This document shows, one piece after another, positions 30,501 through 40,312 of a DNA stretch of 64,000 nucleotides (positions are counted from its first letter, which is position 1; each line of letters begins with the position of its first letter). The DNA comes from an uncultured Methanoregulaceae archaeon (GTDB lineage Archaea; Halobacteriota; Methanomicrobia; Methanomicrobiales; Methanospirillaceae): NCBI GenBank assembly GCA_963737635.1, contig CAVTTL010000001.1, forward strand, positions 2,112,001 to 2,176,000. The letters run 5' to 3'. A program made the position numbers and the translations under genes. The notes below the pieces were generated by a model. The model saw only the letters and a program-made list of their open reading frames with translations. It was not told the origin of the DNA and did no database searches.

Positions 30501-31361
30501 TCACTCCTTCAAGAGGTCATCAAGGCCAATTGAGATCAGGTCAGCATGTATTGTCTTGGCAATGAAGGGCAGAGCGGCCCCGGGGGAAATGCCGAGTTCA
30601 TCGAGAACCCGCTCAGCGAAAACCTGTGGATCTGTATATTCCGGGCGTTCGGACGCGGTTTTCTTCACGGCAGCATGAATGCGCCCTATGTATGCAAGGG
30701 AGTCTTTCAAACGCCGGTATGCCGCTTTCCCTTCAGCGGGAGTATCGTGTGCGGGAAAGTAGTGCCTGATCCCCGGAATTCCTTTGAGCCGCTGGATCGA
30801 ACGGACAAGTGCCACCGGGTCCGTGTAGAATGGCCCTGAAAACCCGGGGGTCTGTACCGTGTCCCCGGTAAAGAGTGCCATCTCTTCTCTAAGGAGCAAA
30901 GAGATGGATCCCGGCGAGTGACCTGGCGTATGAAACACTTCAAGAGTGAGTCCTTTCCCGAGGCTCATGGTGTCACCACCTTTCAGGTGCCTGCTGATCG
31001 TAACAGGCCCGCCCACCATGGGTGGGACCCCGGGTGCCGGGCTTTTCAGCATCATCGGGTCAACGTTCTCGATTGCAGGGGCGTCCAGTGACTGAGCAGC
31101 GACCACGCAGCCTGTCAGATCATGGATTGCTTTTGCAGCACCGATATGGTCAGGATGCGAGTGGGTCAGGACGATGAGGTTGATATCGGAGGGATCCCGG
31201 CCGGTCGAGCGGATATCTTCATAGATCAGCTTCTCAGACCCGTTGACCCCGGTATCGATCAGGGTGATGCGGTCCCCGTAGACGAGGTATACGTTCACAA
31301 ACCGGTCTGGCGTCGTCCCTAGGAGGATTCTGATAGCGTGGATGTGCGGTGTAATCTCCAT
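30501..31361 (-). CDS. MBL-fold metallo-hydrolase
   Basis: LIDTG, THSHPDHIG, HTPGHSPGS, FTGD and PAH motifs. Confidence 0.92.
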   Translation of the reverse strand: MEITPHIHAIRILLGTTPDRFVNVYLVYGDRITLIDTGVNGSEKLIYEDIRSTGRDPSDINLIVLTHSHPDHIGAAKAIHDLTGCVVAAQSLDAPAIENVDPMMLKSPAPGVPPMVGGPVTISRHLKGGDTMSLGKGLTLEVFHTPGHSPGSISLLLREEMALFTGDTVQTPGFSGPFYTDPVALVRSIQRLKGIPGIRHYFPAHDTPAEGKAAYRRLKDSLAYIGRIHAAVKKTASERPEYTDPQVFAERVLDELGISPGAALPFIAKTIHADLISIGLDDLLKE

Positions 31362-31479
31362 TGAAATACCTACATCGATCTCAACCACTCATCCTTAAAA
31401 ACAAATCTCATACGAGAGGACACGGGGGTAGTCAATCCCCGGCCCGGTAGCGGAGTTCTTCTCTTTTCATGTCCTGCAG

Positions 31480-31558
31480 GGCTCTGTAAAATCTGCGGGT
31501 GGTGACCTATTTTCCTCGACGATGGCTTAATGCAACTACCCGTAGACTTGACAGAGTC
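31480..31558 (+). repeat. Palindromic element A2
   Basis: GGCTCTGTAAAATCTGCGGGTGGT...ACTACCCGTAGACTTGACAGAGTC; ~24-bp arms. Confidence 0.9.
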
Positions 31559-31617
31559 GATCAAAACACATTTTATTATATCGGTAAGCCCGGAGATTTT
31601 CCATTAAAATTTTTTAA

Positions 31618-31634
31618 AGTTACTAATAGTAAGT
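31618..31634. promoter_or_regulatory. Putative TetR operator AGTTACT-N3-AGTAAGT
   Basis: Matches the perfect inverted repeat at 32501-32517; lies 40 bp before tetR. Confidence 0.6.
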
Positions 31635-31673
31635 ATAATTAATTCAAATAGCAATCCTATATTACCGATACCT

Positions 31674-32297
31674 ATGCCCAAACTGTTTCCGGGGTACAAA
31701 GACGAAATCAGGAAAAAAATCGTAAGCGAGGCCTTTCCGATATTCCTTGAGAAAGGTTTTGAAAAGACCATGATGGACGATATAGCTGCTCGGCTTGGGG
31801 TGACAAAGCCGGCAATCTACCGTTACTACAAAAACAAGGAGGAACTTTTCATCGCTTCAATGGGCGAGACGATGTTGGGGGCATACAGGACGATTTTTGC
31901 CACTTCCTTTGCATCGGACAACCCGATTACCAGCGCCGGAAATTTTTTCGATGCCCTCCTTGTGATCAGCAGTAAATATTCAATTATCAGGAAGGATTTG
32001 GAATATATTATTTCCCGGAATCCTTCCCTCCATGAAGAAATCACAGGAATGTATAGGGAAAGCCTTGAGGTTATGCGGGATGTTTTCCAAGAGCAGAAAC
32101 GAAAGGGAAAGATCCATACTACCATGGAAGAAACCGATCTTGCTTTTCTCTGCGGCGTCGTTGCGCAGGGTCTGATCAATAGCGTGGACATGGGACTGGA
32201 CCCTGCTGAAGCAAAACGATTGTGGCTTCTCTGTTTTACAAAACTTTCGGATGTCAGCTTAGGAAAGGAAAAGAAAAAGAAGATTTCCGGGGCATAA
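31674..32297 (+). CDS. TetR/AcrR family regulator
   Basis: F.EKGFEKTMMDDIA..LGVTKPAIYRYYKNKEELF HTH. Confidence 0.93.
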   Translation: MPKLFPGYKDEIRKKIVSEAFPIFLEKGFEKTMMDDIAARLGVTKPAIYRYYKNKEELFIASMGETMLGAYRTIFATSFASDNPITSAGNFFDALLVISSKYSIIRKDLEYIISRNPSLHEEITGMYRESLEVMRDVFQEQKRKGKIHTTMEETDLAFLCGVVAQGLINSVDMGLDPAEAKRLWLLCFTKLSDVSLGKEKKKKISGA

Positions 32298-32500
32298 ATC
32301 AATTTTTTGTGAGAAACCTTTTTTTGTCCTATTACCGCTAAATTTTCTTTCACAGTTCGAGTGAATTTCCGCCTAAATTATCGGGATGACTCCAGAATCT
32401 TATAGTTCAGATCCCGGAGTAAAACAACCAATAATAGTCCTTTTATTGCCATCGTTTACGGTCCGATATTTCTATCAAATTTGTTAATTCAATTTATTTC

Positions 32501-32517
32501 AGTTACTTTGAGTAACT
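32501..32517. promoter_or_regulatory. Putative TetR operator AGTTACT-N3-AGTAACT
   Basis: Perfect inverted repeat upstream of the ABC exporter operon. Confidence 0.65.
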
Positions 32518-32649
32518 TTAAATATTTAAAGTAACAACAATTTTAGAAGCTCATGAAAGTTTTTGCCATGCATCAGATCAGCTATTCACAAAAATCAAAA
32601 TCGGCACTTTTCGTCGCAGGAATAATCTTTGCAGGAGGTAAACACAACT

Positions 32650-33624
32650 ATGAAGAATAACGCAATTTTAGCAGTTGAAGCTCACGGCTTGGTAAAGACC
32701 TTTGGTGATAACAGGGCTGTTGATGGAGTGAGTCTGAGTATCCCGACAGGTAGTATCTGCGCTGTACTGGGGCCGAACGGCGCGGGAAAAACTACTACAA
32801 TAAATATGCTTGCCACGTTGTCAAAACCGGATGCGGGGAATGTAAAAATATTCGGTTATGATGTTGTTCGCGAAACGCAAATTGTGCGTCAACTGATTGG
32901 GTTGACGGGACAATTTGCCTCTATCGACGAGGATCTAACTGCTTTGGAGAATCTTATAATTTTCGGTAGATTGTATGGATATTCTCGCAAAGATTCTAAG
33001 CGCAAAGCGAATGAACTCTTGGAAGAGTTTGGGCTTAGTGATGTGGCGAGCCGCGCATTGTCAAAGTTTTCCGGCGGCATGCGGCGCAGACTTGACCTCG
33101 CGGTAAGTCTGATTTCCCAGCCGCCGCTGATCTTCCTTGACGAGCCGACAACAGGGCTTGACCCAAGGACTCGGACGCAGATGTGGCAGACAATACGCAA
33201 TCTTGTAAAAGGCGGCTCAACGGTACTGCTAACGACACAGTATCTTGATGAAGCCGATCAACTTGCCGACAACATTGTTGTAATCGACAAGGGACGAGTC
33301 GTTGCGAACGATACACCCGACGGATTGAAACGCTCCGTGGGAAGCAGTTCGTTGCACTTGACCGTCAAAGACGCAGATAACGCCGCCAACGCGGCGCAGA
33401 TCATCGAGCGCATACTCGATGCGAAGGTTCATCTTGGGAAAGCCTCTGAGTTGATCGCACCGATAGACAACATCGACAAACTGATCGATGTGTTGACGAC
33501 GCTGAAAGATGCCGGAATAGCGTTGTCCGGGGTAAACATCCTGCAACCTACACTTGATGAGGTGTTCTTCGCGCTGACAGGTGAGGGTTCCAAAGATAAA
33601 ATGGAGGAAAATTTAAATGACTAA
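32650..33624 (+). CDS. ABC exporter ATP-binding subunit (DrrA-like)
   Basis: GPNGAGKT, FSGGMRRRL and FLDEPTTGLD motifs. Confidence 0.93.
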   Translation: MKNNAILAVEAHGLVKTFGDNRAVDGVSLSIPTGSICAVLGPNGAGKTTTINMLATLSKPDAGNVKIFGYDVVRETQIVRQLIGLTGQFASIDEDLTALENLIIFGRLYGYSRKDSKRKANELLEEFGLSDVASRALSKFSGGMRRRLDLAVSLISQPPLIFLDEPTTGLDPRTRTQMWQTIRNLVKGGSTVLLTTQYLDEADQLADNIVVIDKGRVVANDTPDGLKRSVGSSSLHLTVKDADNAANAAQIIERILDAKVHLGKASELIAPIDNIDKLIDVLTTLKDAGIALSGVNILQPTLDEVFFALTGEGSKDKMEENLND

Positions 33625-34435
33625 TACAATCATCATACCCGCCGCCGAGCGCAAACTGAAAAATAGAATCGGAGTTGTCACCACAATCAGAAACACATGC
33701 ACGTTCGCGTATCGGGCGCTATTAAAAATGTTCAAAAATCCCGAAATACTTGTGGATTTCGTAGTCTTACCGGTTATGTTCACGCTGCTTTTCACCTTTT
33801 TATTCGGGGGTGCGATTTCGGGCAACATCCCGAACTATCTGCCAATTGTCATCCCCGGCGTTTTGTTGATGTCATCTTTCACCAATTGTACCACCGCGGG
33901 TAGTAAACTGCGCGAGGATGTGAACAAAGGCATAACAAGCCGTTTTAAATCCATGCCGATTGCGCGAATTGCTCCGTTGGCGGGAAGTTTGACTGCCGAC
34001 CTTGTACGATACGTAATAGGGGGAACTACCGTTTTTGTTATGGGATATATTCTCGGTTACAGACCCGAAGCAGGCATTCCCGCGGTCATTTTCAGCATAC
34101 TTTTCATGATGCTCGTTGCCTGGTGTATGAGCTGGGTGTTTGCGTTTATTAGTATGTGCACAAAGACGATTTCAACTGCGTCTGCGATTGGTGTAGTAGT
34201 AATGTTCCCGTTAGTATTCCTGTCGAACGCTTTTGTTCCGGCCGGAACGATGCCGAGCTGGCTGCAATATTTTGTACTGCATATAAACCCGCTATCCACC
34301 GTCGTAACAGTGGTGCGGCAGTTGTTGACTTATGGCACGATAGGCGCGAATTTTTGGTTCGCATTATTCGGCGCTTTGGCGATACTCGTCGTATTCATTC
34401 CGCTGACACTTATTGCGTATAATCGCAAGGCGTGA
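33617..34435 (+). CDS. ABC-2 permease (DrrB-like)
   Basis: Six TM segments, RFKSMPIAR, FLSNAFVP..TMPSWLQ and NPLS. Confidence 0.92.
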   Translation: MTNTIIIPAAERKLKNRIGVVTTIRNTCTFAYRALLKMFKNPEILVDFVVLPVMFTLLFTFLFGGAISGNIPNYLPIVIPGVLLMSSFTNCTTAGSKLREDVNKGITSRFKSMPIARIAPLAGSLTADLVRYVIGGTTVFVMGYILGYRPEAGIPAVIFSILFMMLVAWCMSWVFAFISMCTKTISTASAIGVVVMFPLVFLSNAFVPAGTMPSWLQYFVLHINPLSTVVTVVRQLLTYGTIGANFWFALFGALAILVVFIPLTLIAYNRKA

Positions 34436-34450
34436 TCCTTGCGTAGTTTA

Positions 34451-34529
34451 GGTGCTGATAAATTAACAGGTGATCGTTATTTTTCTCTCTCGTAAATATT
34501 TTCTCACCACCCTTTAACTTATCAGAACC
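34451..34529. repeat. Palindromic element C1 (79 bp)
   Basis: GGTGCTGATAAATTAA...TTAACTTATCAGAACC; 15 bp after the permease stop. Confidence 0.8.
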
Positions 34530-34558
34530 GAATTGGGTATAAGGTTGTTTTTTACGCA

Positions 34559-34637
34559 GGTTCTGTCAAGTCTTCGGGTGTTAGCATTAAGCCTACGTCG
34601 AGGAAAATAGGTCACCACCCGCAGATTTTACAGAGCC
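34559..34637 (-). repeat. Palindromic element A3 (inverted)
   Basis: Reverse complement is nearly identical to A2. Confidence 0.9.
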
Positions 34638-34760
34638 CAAAAAAATACTTTTTTATGAACACGTAGTGGTTTCGTTCAAACACTATATACTTTTGAAAGG
34701 AGATATAGTGCTCATTGAAATATTCTAGAACTCAGATCTACCTTCCGGACGAATCGCATT

Positions 34761-35264
34761 ATGGCACCTGTAAAGGCATCTGCAAATGAAAGATCCTTCC
34801 TCTCCTCATTTGGATCGAAAATCCGGGAAGATCCGGTTCGTGCAGAAATTACACAAATGATCACCTGCATAAAAGCAGCAGATTGCCTTACCGTGGAACA
34901 TACAGCCGATGAAGCTGGTTATTCTGGCGAGAAATCCAGCCGTGGAGAAAATCCAGTAACTATTCATGTCATAGAGTATGTCCTCGTAAAGCAGCCAGTA
35001 TTCATGGGCCTTATAACAAAGGAGATACAGCAGAGTAAACCAATCTGTATAATCCGGTTTGAGGGTTCCATCTGGAAGATAAAAGAAGAAGATATTTTCA
35101 ACACGGAAAAATTATCCGTTTTGTATAGACACCTCAAGTACTATGGTTTAAAAATTCAATTGGAAGGCACTTCAGAGGAGATACTTAATGGGATTTATAT
35201 TGAAGCTCGCAAAGCACGACCTGGAGCCATTGACCGCCCCCTGCCGGATGGCGAAAAGATATAG
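34761..35264 (+). CDS. Hypothetical protein
   Basis: 167-aa ORF filling the interval between A3 and A4; no domain recognised. Confidence 0.5.
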   Translation: MAPVKASANERSFLSSFGSKIREDPVRAEITQMITCIKAADCLTVEHTADEAGYSGEKSSRGENPVTIHVIEYVLVKQPVFMGLITKEIQQSKPICIIRFEGSIWKIKEEDIFNTEKLSVLYRHLKYYGLKIQLEGTSEEILNGIYIEARKARPGAIDRPLPDGEKI

Positions 35265-35274
35265 AGGAAAGTGT

Positions 35275-35352
35275 GGTTCTGTAAAGTCTGCGGGGGACGA
35301 CATCTTTCCTCGACGAAATCTTAATACAACCGCCCGAAGACTTGACCGAGCC
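35275..35352 (+). repeat. Palindromic element A4
   Basis: GGTTCTGTAAAGTCTGCGG...CCTCGACGAAATCTTAATACAAC...GACTTGACCGAGCC; 10 bp after a stop. Confidence 0.88.
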
Positions 35353-35425
35353 TGTGCTCATACGCGATCTCCTTATTTGTTGTATTCATCACACTTATTA
35401 TAAAAAAGAGAATTCAGATGATCTA

Positions 35426-35635
35426 TCACTTCTTTTCGATTGACGCTTTGATCATCTTCATAGTCTCGATTTTAAACTGGATCTGTTTGATCCAAGCCTC
35501 TTTCATCATGATCTTGCCTTCAAGCATCCGTGCCATGACCATGTTCTTGGTCTTTTCATCGAGCTTCTCCCACATCATTTTCATGTGTTCGGCCATCTCT
35601 TCTGATCCGTGTTCCATACCCTGTTTTGCTTCCAT
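35426..35635 (-). CDS. Small Met-rich helical protein
   Basis: 69 aa with 13 Met; AAGGAG SD upstream. Confidence 0.7.
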   Translation of the reverse strand: MEAKQGMEHGSEEMAEHMKMMWEKLDEKTKNMVMARMLEGKIMMKEAWIKQIQFKIETMKMIKASIEKK

Positions 35636-35839
35636 AGTTCGTGTCATCTCCTTGGTGGTGCACCCAAAAGGGCTCACCAGCCACGCAGTATAATCCAATG
35701 TTGAAATACATCCTTTGTGGCAAAAAACAAAATGTGTGACAAAAAACAAAAAATACCTGCATTGCACCGCTTCATGGGAGGTTCTGATGCGACTTCGTTT
35801 AAATGCCATTCCTGCTAATATACCAGCATTCTTTTCTGA

Positions 35840-35919
35840 GGCTCTGTAAAGTCCGCGGTGGACGACCTTTTTTCCTCGACGAAAGTCTTGATGCAACCTC
35901 CCGAAGACGTGACAGAACC
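35840..35919 (+). repeat. Palindromic element A5
   Basis: GGCTCTGTAAAGTCCGCGG...CCTCGACGAAAGTCTTGATGCAAC...GACGTGACAGAACC; 16 bp from the MFS stop. Confidence 0.88.
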
Positions 35920-35935
35920 GTATAGAGGAATTCCG

Positions 35936-37336
35936 CTATACTTTTGCCAGCACCATGATTTCCCTGTCTGCAATGACAATAAGCAGTCCCACAACGCTGA
36001 GGATCACCATTACTGCAGCAATTGAATGCAGGCTCTGATCACTGACATCTGGATTAAAGAATATCGCGATAAGGGCCGACGATGCAACCGAGCCAAAATA
36101 CCCAAAGGTACGCAACAGGCCTGAGGCGGTACCGATCTGATCTGCGGTGACCTGGGTGTAAAAGGTTGTCTGGTTCGCACTGGCACACATCCCCATGGTA
36201 ATCCCGAAGATCGCCGTGATTACAACTATCCAGATTATCGGAGTCGCCGAGGTAAATAAAAGTACACCCGCAGACCCTATCAGGCAGGCAACGGCAGACG
36301 CAATAAGGGGAGTGCGCACGAGGTTCCGCCGCGAGACCAGCCACGCAAGCGCAATGGATATGAGACTCATTGGCAAAATGATGAATCCTGCATCAGCGGA
36401 TGAAATATTTTTGTCGATCTGAAGCCATTGCGTGACACCATACATTACGGTGTAGACGCACAGCATCGCAAGGGCAAAGCGCACATAGGTGAGTATCAAT
36501 GGCCGGTTCGTTGCCAACAGATGGAGGTCAATAAAAGGCTGGCTCACATGTCCTTCCCACCAGACAAAGGCCAAACCGAGCAGAATAACTACGCCTAACA
36601 CAACCCAATCTGGATCTGGCAGTGACATGAGAAAGACTAGGAGGGCAATCATCGCGCCACTAAAGACCGTGATGCCGGCCAGATCAATGCGGGCTGCCAA
36701 GGTACGGAGCGTCTTTGTACTCCTGCATGGCGGGTCCCGGGGGATCCAGAACACAGCCATAATGAGCGCCACGAGAGCCAGCGGGACGTTAATAAAAAAC
36801 ACGCTCTGCCAGCCCCAGGCGGCGACGAGGAATCCGCCAATGGGCAGTCCTATAACCGCAGTCGCCATTCCCGCAATCACAAGGCCGCCAAGCACTCCTC
36901 CCGGGGGCTCGGTCAGCCCGGCAGATTCGGCTCGCTGTCGGATCAAAAGCATTGCCGAAGGATATCCGGTCGAGGTGCCCACACCAATCAGGACCCGTGA
37001 TACGATCAACGTTGCGAGGTCATGGCCTAAGCCACCCAGCACTCCTCCAACCAGTACAGCGAGAATACCTGCAAGGAACACCCGCCGTGGCCCAAATGCC
37101 CCCGATAATTTTCCGGCTGCCGGCTGGCCAACGATACATGCCATATAAAGTGCCGCGACCAGAACTGCAGTCTGTCCGACCGGAACGTTGATGGCCGCTG
37201 CAATTGGCACCAGCGCAGTGGCAATGAACGAAGTGTTGACAGGATTTAGTGCGGAACCGATGAACAGGGGTGTTACAAAACGCCAATCGAACGCTTTTTT
37301 GCTTTCGGTGGGTTGAGGCAAGTTGGATTTATTCAT
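35936..37336 (-). CDS. MFS transporter (DHA2-like efflux)
   Basis: About 14 TM segments, motif A GKLSGAFGPRR and WQSVFFINVP. Confidence 0.92.
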   Translation of the reverse strand: MNKSNLPQPTESKKAFDWRFVTPLFIGSALNPVNTSFIATALVPIAAAINVPVGQTAVLVAALYMACIVGQPAAGKLSGAFGPRRVFLAGILAVLVGGVLGGLGHDLATLIVSRVLIGVGTSTGYPSAMLLIRQRAESAGLTEPPGGVLGGLVIAGMATAVIGLPIGGFLVAAWGWQSVFFINVPLALVALIMAVFWIPRDPPCRSTKTLRTLAARIDLAGITVFSGAMIALLVFLMSLPDPDWVVLGVVILLGLAFVWWEGHVSQPFIDLHLLATNRPLILTYVRFALAMLCVYTVMYGVTQWLQIDKNISSADAGFIILPMSLISIALAWLVSRRNLVRTPLIASAVACLIGSAGVLLFTSATPIIWIVVITAIFGITMGMCASANQTTFYTQVTADQIGTASGLLRTFGYFGSVASSALIAIFFNPDVSDQSLHSIAAVMVILSVVGLLIVIADREIMVLAKV

Positions 37337-37585
37337 TCATCATCCCCGGGAACCGGCGAGTAATTTCCCATTTAAATCTGTATCCGGAGAAATCAGATAT
37401 CAATCAAATTTTAATTGACCTGTTGTCAGATCTCCCCGTGTTCTCTATCAAATGAAATTTTATCTCCAGCCACAAGGCTGCTAAAACGCTTTGTCAGCTG
37501 ATTTATGTGTATTGCGACAGACCTGTTACGAGGTCCCATTTAAATTTCCAAGACACTCTTCAAATATTCTCAAAAGTCTTCCTTT

Positions 37586-38281
37586 TCATTTTCCCGGGAA
37601 TCCATTTTTTCGAGTATTTCTTTTTGCAAACTCCCGGACCTTTTCCGATGCATCGGGTCTAAGAGGTATTCCATGTCCCGACAGCATGATATCGAAATCA
37701 AGTGCGGCGATTTTATTGATTGATTGTTGTACCTCACGTGTGTCTAATGGCAATGGTCCTATTTCGATTTTACTACCGTTAAACCTCAATAGATCCCCAA
37801 CAAACAGAATTTTTGATGCCGGATCAAAAAGACAAATACTTCCCGGTGTATGTCCTGGTGTATGAATGGATGTGAGACCAGCGATGGTGTCACCATCGTT
37901 GAGCTTTATATCCGGTTCAACAGGTCTTGATCCGAAAAACAAGGGAATGAGGACTTTAACGATCATTCCCTGAGCACCTCTCGGTACAGGCGGGGTTTTC
38001 CTGCCGGAAACGTAGTCCGCATCCGCTTCATGAATGGCCACCTTCGCACCGCTCAGTTTTTTGAGATCGCTGGCGCCGCCCACGTGATCAATGTGAAAAT
38101 GTGTAAGGACGATTGTTTTGATTTCTGAAGGTTTACGTTTAAGAATATCCTGAATATAGGTTACTATTTTTGCGCTGTTTTTGGGCATTCCTGTATCGAT
38201 AAGTGTCAGTTCGTCCCGAACAATAATAAAACAATTACCATTTACACCATCGACTTGGTGAATTCCAGGTACTATCTCCAT
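37586..38281 (-). CDS. MBL-fold metallo-hydrolase
   Basis: LIDTG, THFHIDHVG, HTPGHTPGS, GD and SGHG motifs. Confidence 0.92.
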   Translation of the reverse strand: MEIVPGIHQVDGVNGNCFIIVRDELTLIDTGMPKNSAKIVTYIQDILKRKPSEIKTIVLTHFHIDHVGGASDLKKLSGAKVAIHEADADYVSGRKTPPVPRGAQGMIVKVLIPLFFGSRPVEPDIKLNDGDTIAGLTSIHTPGHTPGSICLFDPASKILFVGDLLRFNGSKIEIGPLPLDTREVQQSINKIAALDFDIMLSGHGIPLRPDASEKVREFAKRNTRKNGFPGK

Positions 38282-38393
38282 AATCCTTCAACTCCATTTT
38301 TTGTAGTTCTTGACTACAAAGATCCAAGGTATGTCAATTTATAGTGGATACTAACAATTTTAGCCTGTGCTAACAAAATATATAGTAACTGTG

Positions 38394-38840
38394 ATGACGA
38401 AGAACGATGATTTTTGGCGATGGATCGAGGCTGCTCTCAATGTGATCGGAGGGAAGTGGAAACTGCTGATCGTTCTTGCATTAATGGACGGGACCCAGCG
38501 ATATAGCGAGATCTCGCATAAGCTTCCGGCAATCAGCGAGAGGATGCTCGTTAAACAGCTCCGTGAGATGGAGCACGACGGTATTATCACAAGGACAGTC
38601 TATGCAGTAGTCCCCGCGAAGGTTGAATATTCGCTTACGCAGTCAGGTGAAAAACTGATTCCTGTTTTGATAATTCTCGGTGTATGGCGTATAATCTACC
38701 GTGGATCCGATGTTGTCTGTGAGGGGTTGTCCGAGCCAGTGGATGTAGACCCCGCCAAACTTCGTCAGCTGCTCGAAGATGTCAACAGTATCCTTCAAGA
38801 TGCCGACAAAAAACTGAAACGCGAGGGTAATGCTGATTAA
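38394..38840 (+). CDS. HxlR-family winged-helix regulator
   Basis: VIGGKWK, ISERMLVKQLREME.DG and PAKVEYSLT motifs. Confidence 0.92.
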   Translation: MTKNDDFWRWIEAALNVIGGKWKLLIVLALMDGTQRYSEISHKLPAISERMLVKQLREMEHDGIITRTVYAVVPAKVEYSLTQSGEKLIPVLIILGVWRIIYRGSDVVCEGLSEPVDVDPAKLRQLLEDVNSILQDADKKLKREGNAD

Positions 38841-38844
38841 GCCG

Positions 38845-38924
38845 GGCTCTGTAAAATCCGCGGGTGGCGACATATTCTCCTCGACGAAGGTTTAATGCAA
38901 CCACCCCGAAGACTTGACAGAGCC
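38845..38924 (+). repeat. Palindromic element A6
   Basis: GGCTCTGTAAAATCCGCGGGTGG...GAAGACTTGACAGAGCC; 4 bp after the hxlR stop. Confidence 0.9.
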
Positions 38925-39057
38925 CTTATTTCTTTACCCAAACAGGGGTGATTTCCCCAATACTATTTCGGGAACAGCTTTCCCAGCGAATCCGAAAAAA
39001 GTGCCGGAATCTGGTAAAATAATGAATTATAAATCCTAGGTGGCCTCATACGAGGGT

Positions 39058-39486
39058 ATGGAAAAGATAGCAGTGCTGGTAGATTCCCGGGGAGGACGTA
39101 CCCGGAGTGCCGCTGTCGCGATCGCGGAAGAGTTAGGGGTGAGTGTCGGGGACATTAAAAACCCGATGCCTGATGCTGAGATCCTTTTCCTCGGAAGCGG
39201 AATGTACGGCACCGGTCCGGGGCATTATATGAACCGCCTTCTCCAAGAGGGCACATTTACCGGAAGGAAGGTTGCCTTGTTTGCAACGGCAACGTATCCC
39301 AAGGATGGAGAGTGGATGCTTATCAGTATGGCGGAAACTCTGGAAAAGAAGGGCGCAACGATCCTCGGGAACACCGGAGGTGTCCGGGGCAAATTGATTA
39401 TCAACAAATACCTGCGCCTGCACCCGGAGGATCTGGAAGGTGCGAGGAACTGGGCCCGGGAGATCGTGGGGAATTACCCGCGCTGA
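39058..39486 (+). CDS. Flavodoxin-like protein
   Basis: SRGGRTR P-loop, FLGSGMY, KVALFAT and HPEDLE.AR.WA. Confidence 0.8.
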   Translation: MEKIAVLVDSRGGRTRSAAVAIAEELGVSVGDIKNPMPDAEILFLGSGMYGTGPGHYMNRLLQEGTFTGRKVALFATATYPKDGEWMLISMAETLEKKGATILGNTGGVRGKLIINKYLRLHPEDLEGARNWAREIVGNYPR

Positions 39487-39566
39487 TTGTGCCTTTGGAA
39501 AAGTGGCCGGACCCTCGCTTCGATCCTTCTTACCGCCCATCGGGCTGACAATGGTTGCCTTTAAGA

Positions 39567-39640
39567 GGCTCCGTCTAAGGGCGGTTGCATTAAGCCTTTG
39601 TCGAAGAAAATATGTCGCCACCCGCAGACTCGACAGAGTC
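39567..39640 (-). repeat. Palindromic element A7 (inverted, shortened)
   Basis: GGTTGCATTAAGCC..GTCGAAGAAAATATGTCGCCACCCGCAGACTCGACAGAGTC is the reverse complement of family A. Confidence 0.85.
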
Positions 39641-39658
39641 AGAGTATACCCTTTTTAT

Positions 39659-40312
39659 TTACACCGGGTCTTTTTTCGCAAACCTTGCACCCATATCGAA
39701 AGCTTTCTGGCAATCAACGGGGAACTTTTCTTCCCTGCGCTGTTTGGCTTTGGCTGCCGCATCATGCGAACAGACGTATTTCGTGTAATCGTCAAACAGG
39801 TCTGTGCCCGTAACGACCAGCGATTCGGCAGAGCCGAAGATCCGACCCAGGATCATCCCGGTGAGTGCGAAGTGACTGTCGAGCTGCATCGTCTTTATAC
39901 CATCCTCGTCTGCCCCCAAGGTTAAGATGAGCCCGGTCTTGATCTTTTTCGGGAATATCGAGGACCCGAGAATTTCGAGGGAGAAGTACGGGTACGCGGC
40001 CCGCTCGAAGAATGACCTCATCTCTCCGGTGACCGTGCCAAAGTAAATAGGCGATCCTAATATCAAGGCATCAACACCCGGTATCTTTTCCAGCACCGGG
40101 GTGAGGCCATCCTGAACTGCACATTTCCCATAACTTTTCCCGCCCTTCAGTTTGCAGGCTAAGCAGCTGGTGCAACCTTTGAAGTCAAGGTCATATAAAT
40201 GGACGATTTCGGTCGCGGCACCCTGTGATGCAGCGCCTTCGAGTACCTTGTTCAACAGCGTTGCGGTATTCCACGTCTTTCTTGGGCTCCCGTTGATTGC
40301 TAAAACGTTCAT
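39659..40312 (-). CDS. Iron-sulfur flavoprotein / NADPH-dependent FMN reductase family
   Basis: NGSPRK..NT, CTSCLAC...C and GSPIYFG motifs. Confidence 0.9.
   Translation of the reverse strand: MNVLAINGSPRKTWNTATLLNKVLEGAASQGAATEIVHLYDLDFKGCTSCLACKLKGGKSYGKCAVQDGLTPVLEKIPGVDALILGSPIYFGTVTGEMRSFFERAAYPYFSLEILGSSIFPKKIKTGLILTLGADEDGIKTMQLDSHFALTGMILGRIFGSAESLVVTGTDLFDDYTKYVCSHDAAAKAKQRREEKFPVDCQKAFDMGARFAKKDPV

Noticed and set aside
16604-38281. Calling the serine hydrolase and MBL-fold genes true beta-lactamases
   Set aside because: Only fold-level motifs are visible; substrate cannot be inferred and archaea lack the beta-lactam target.
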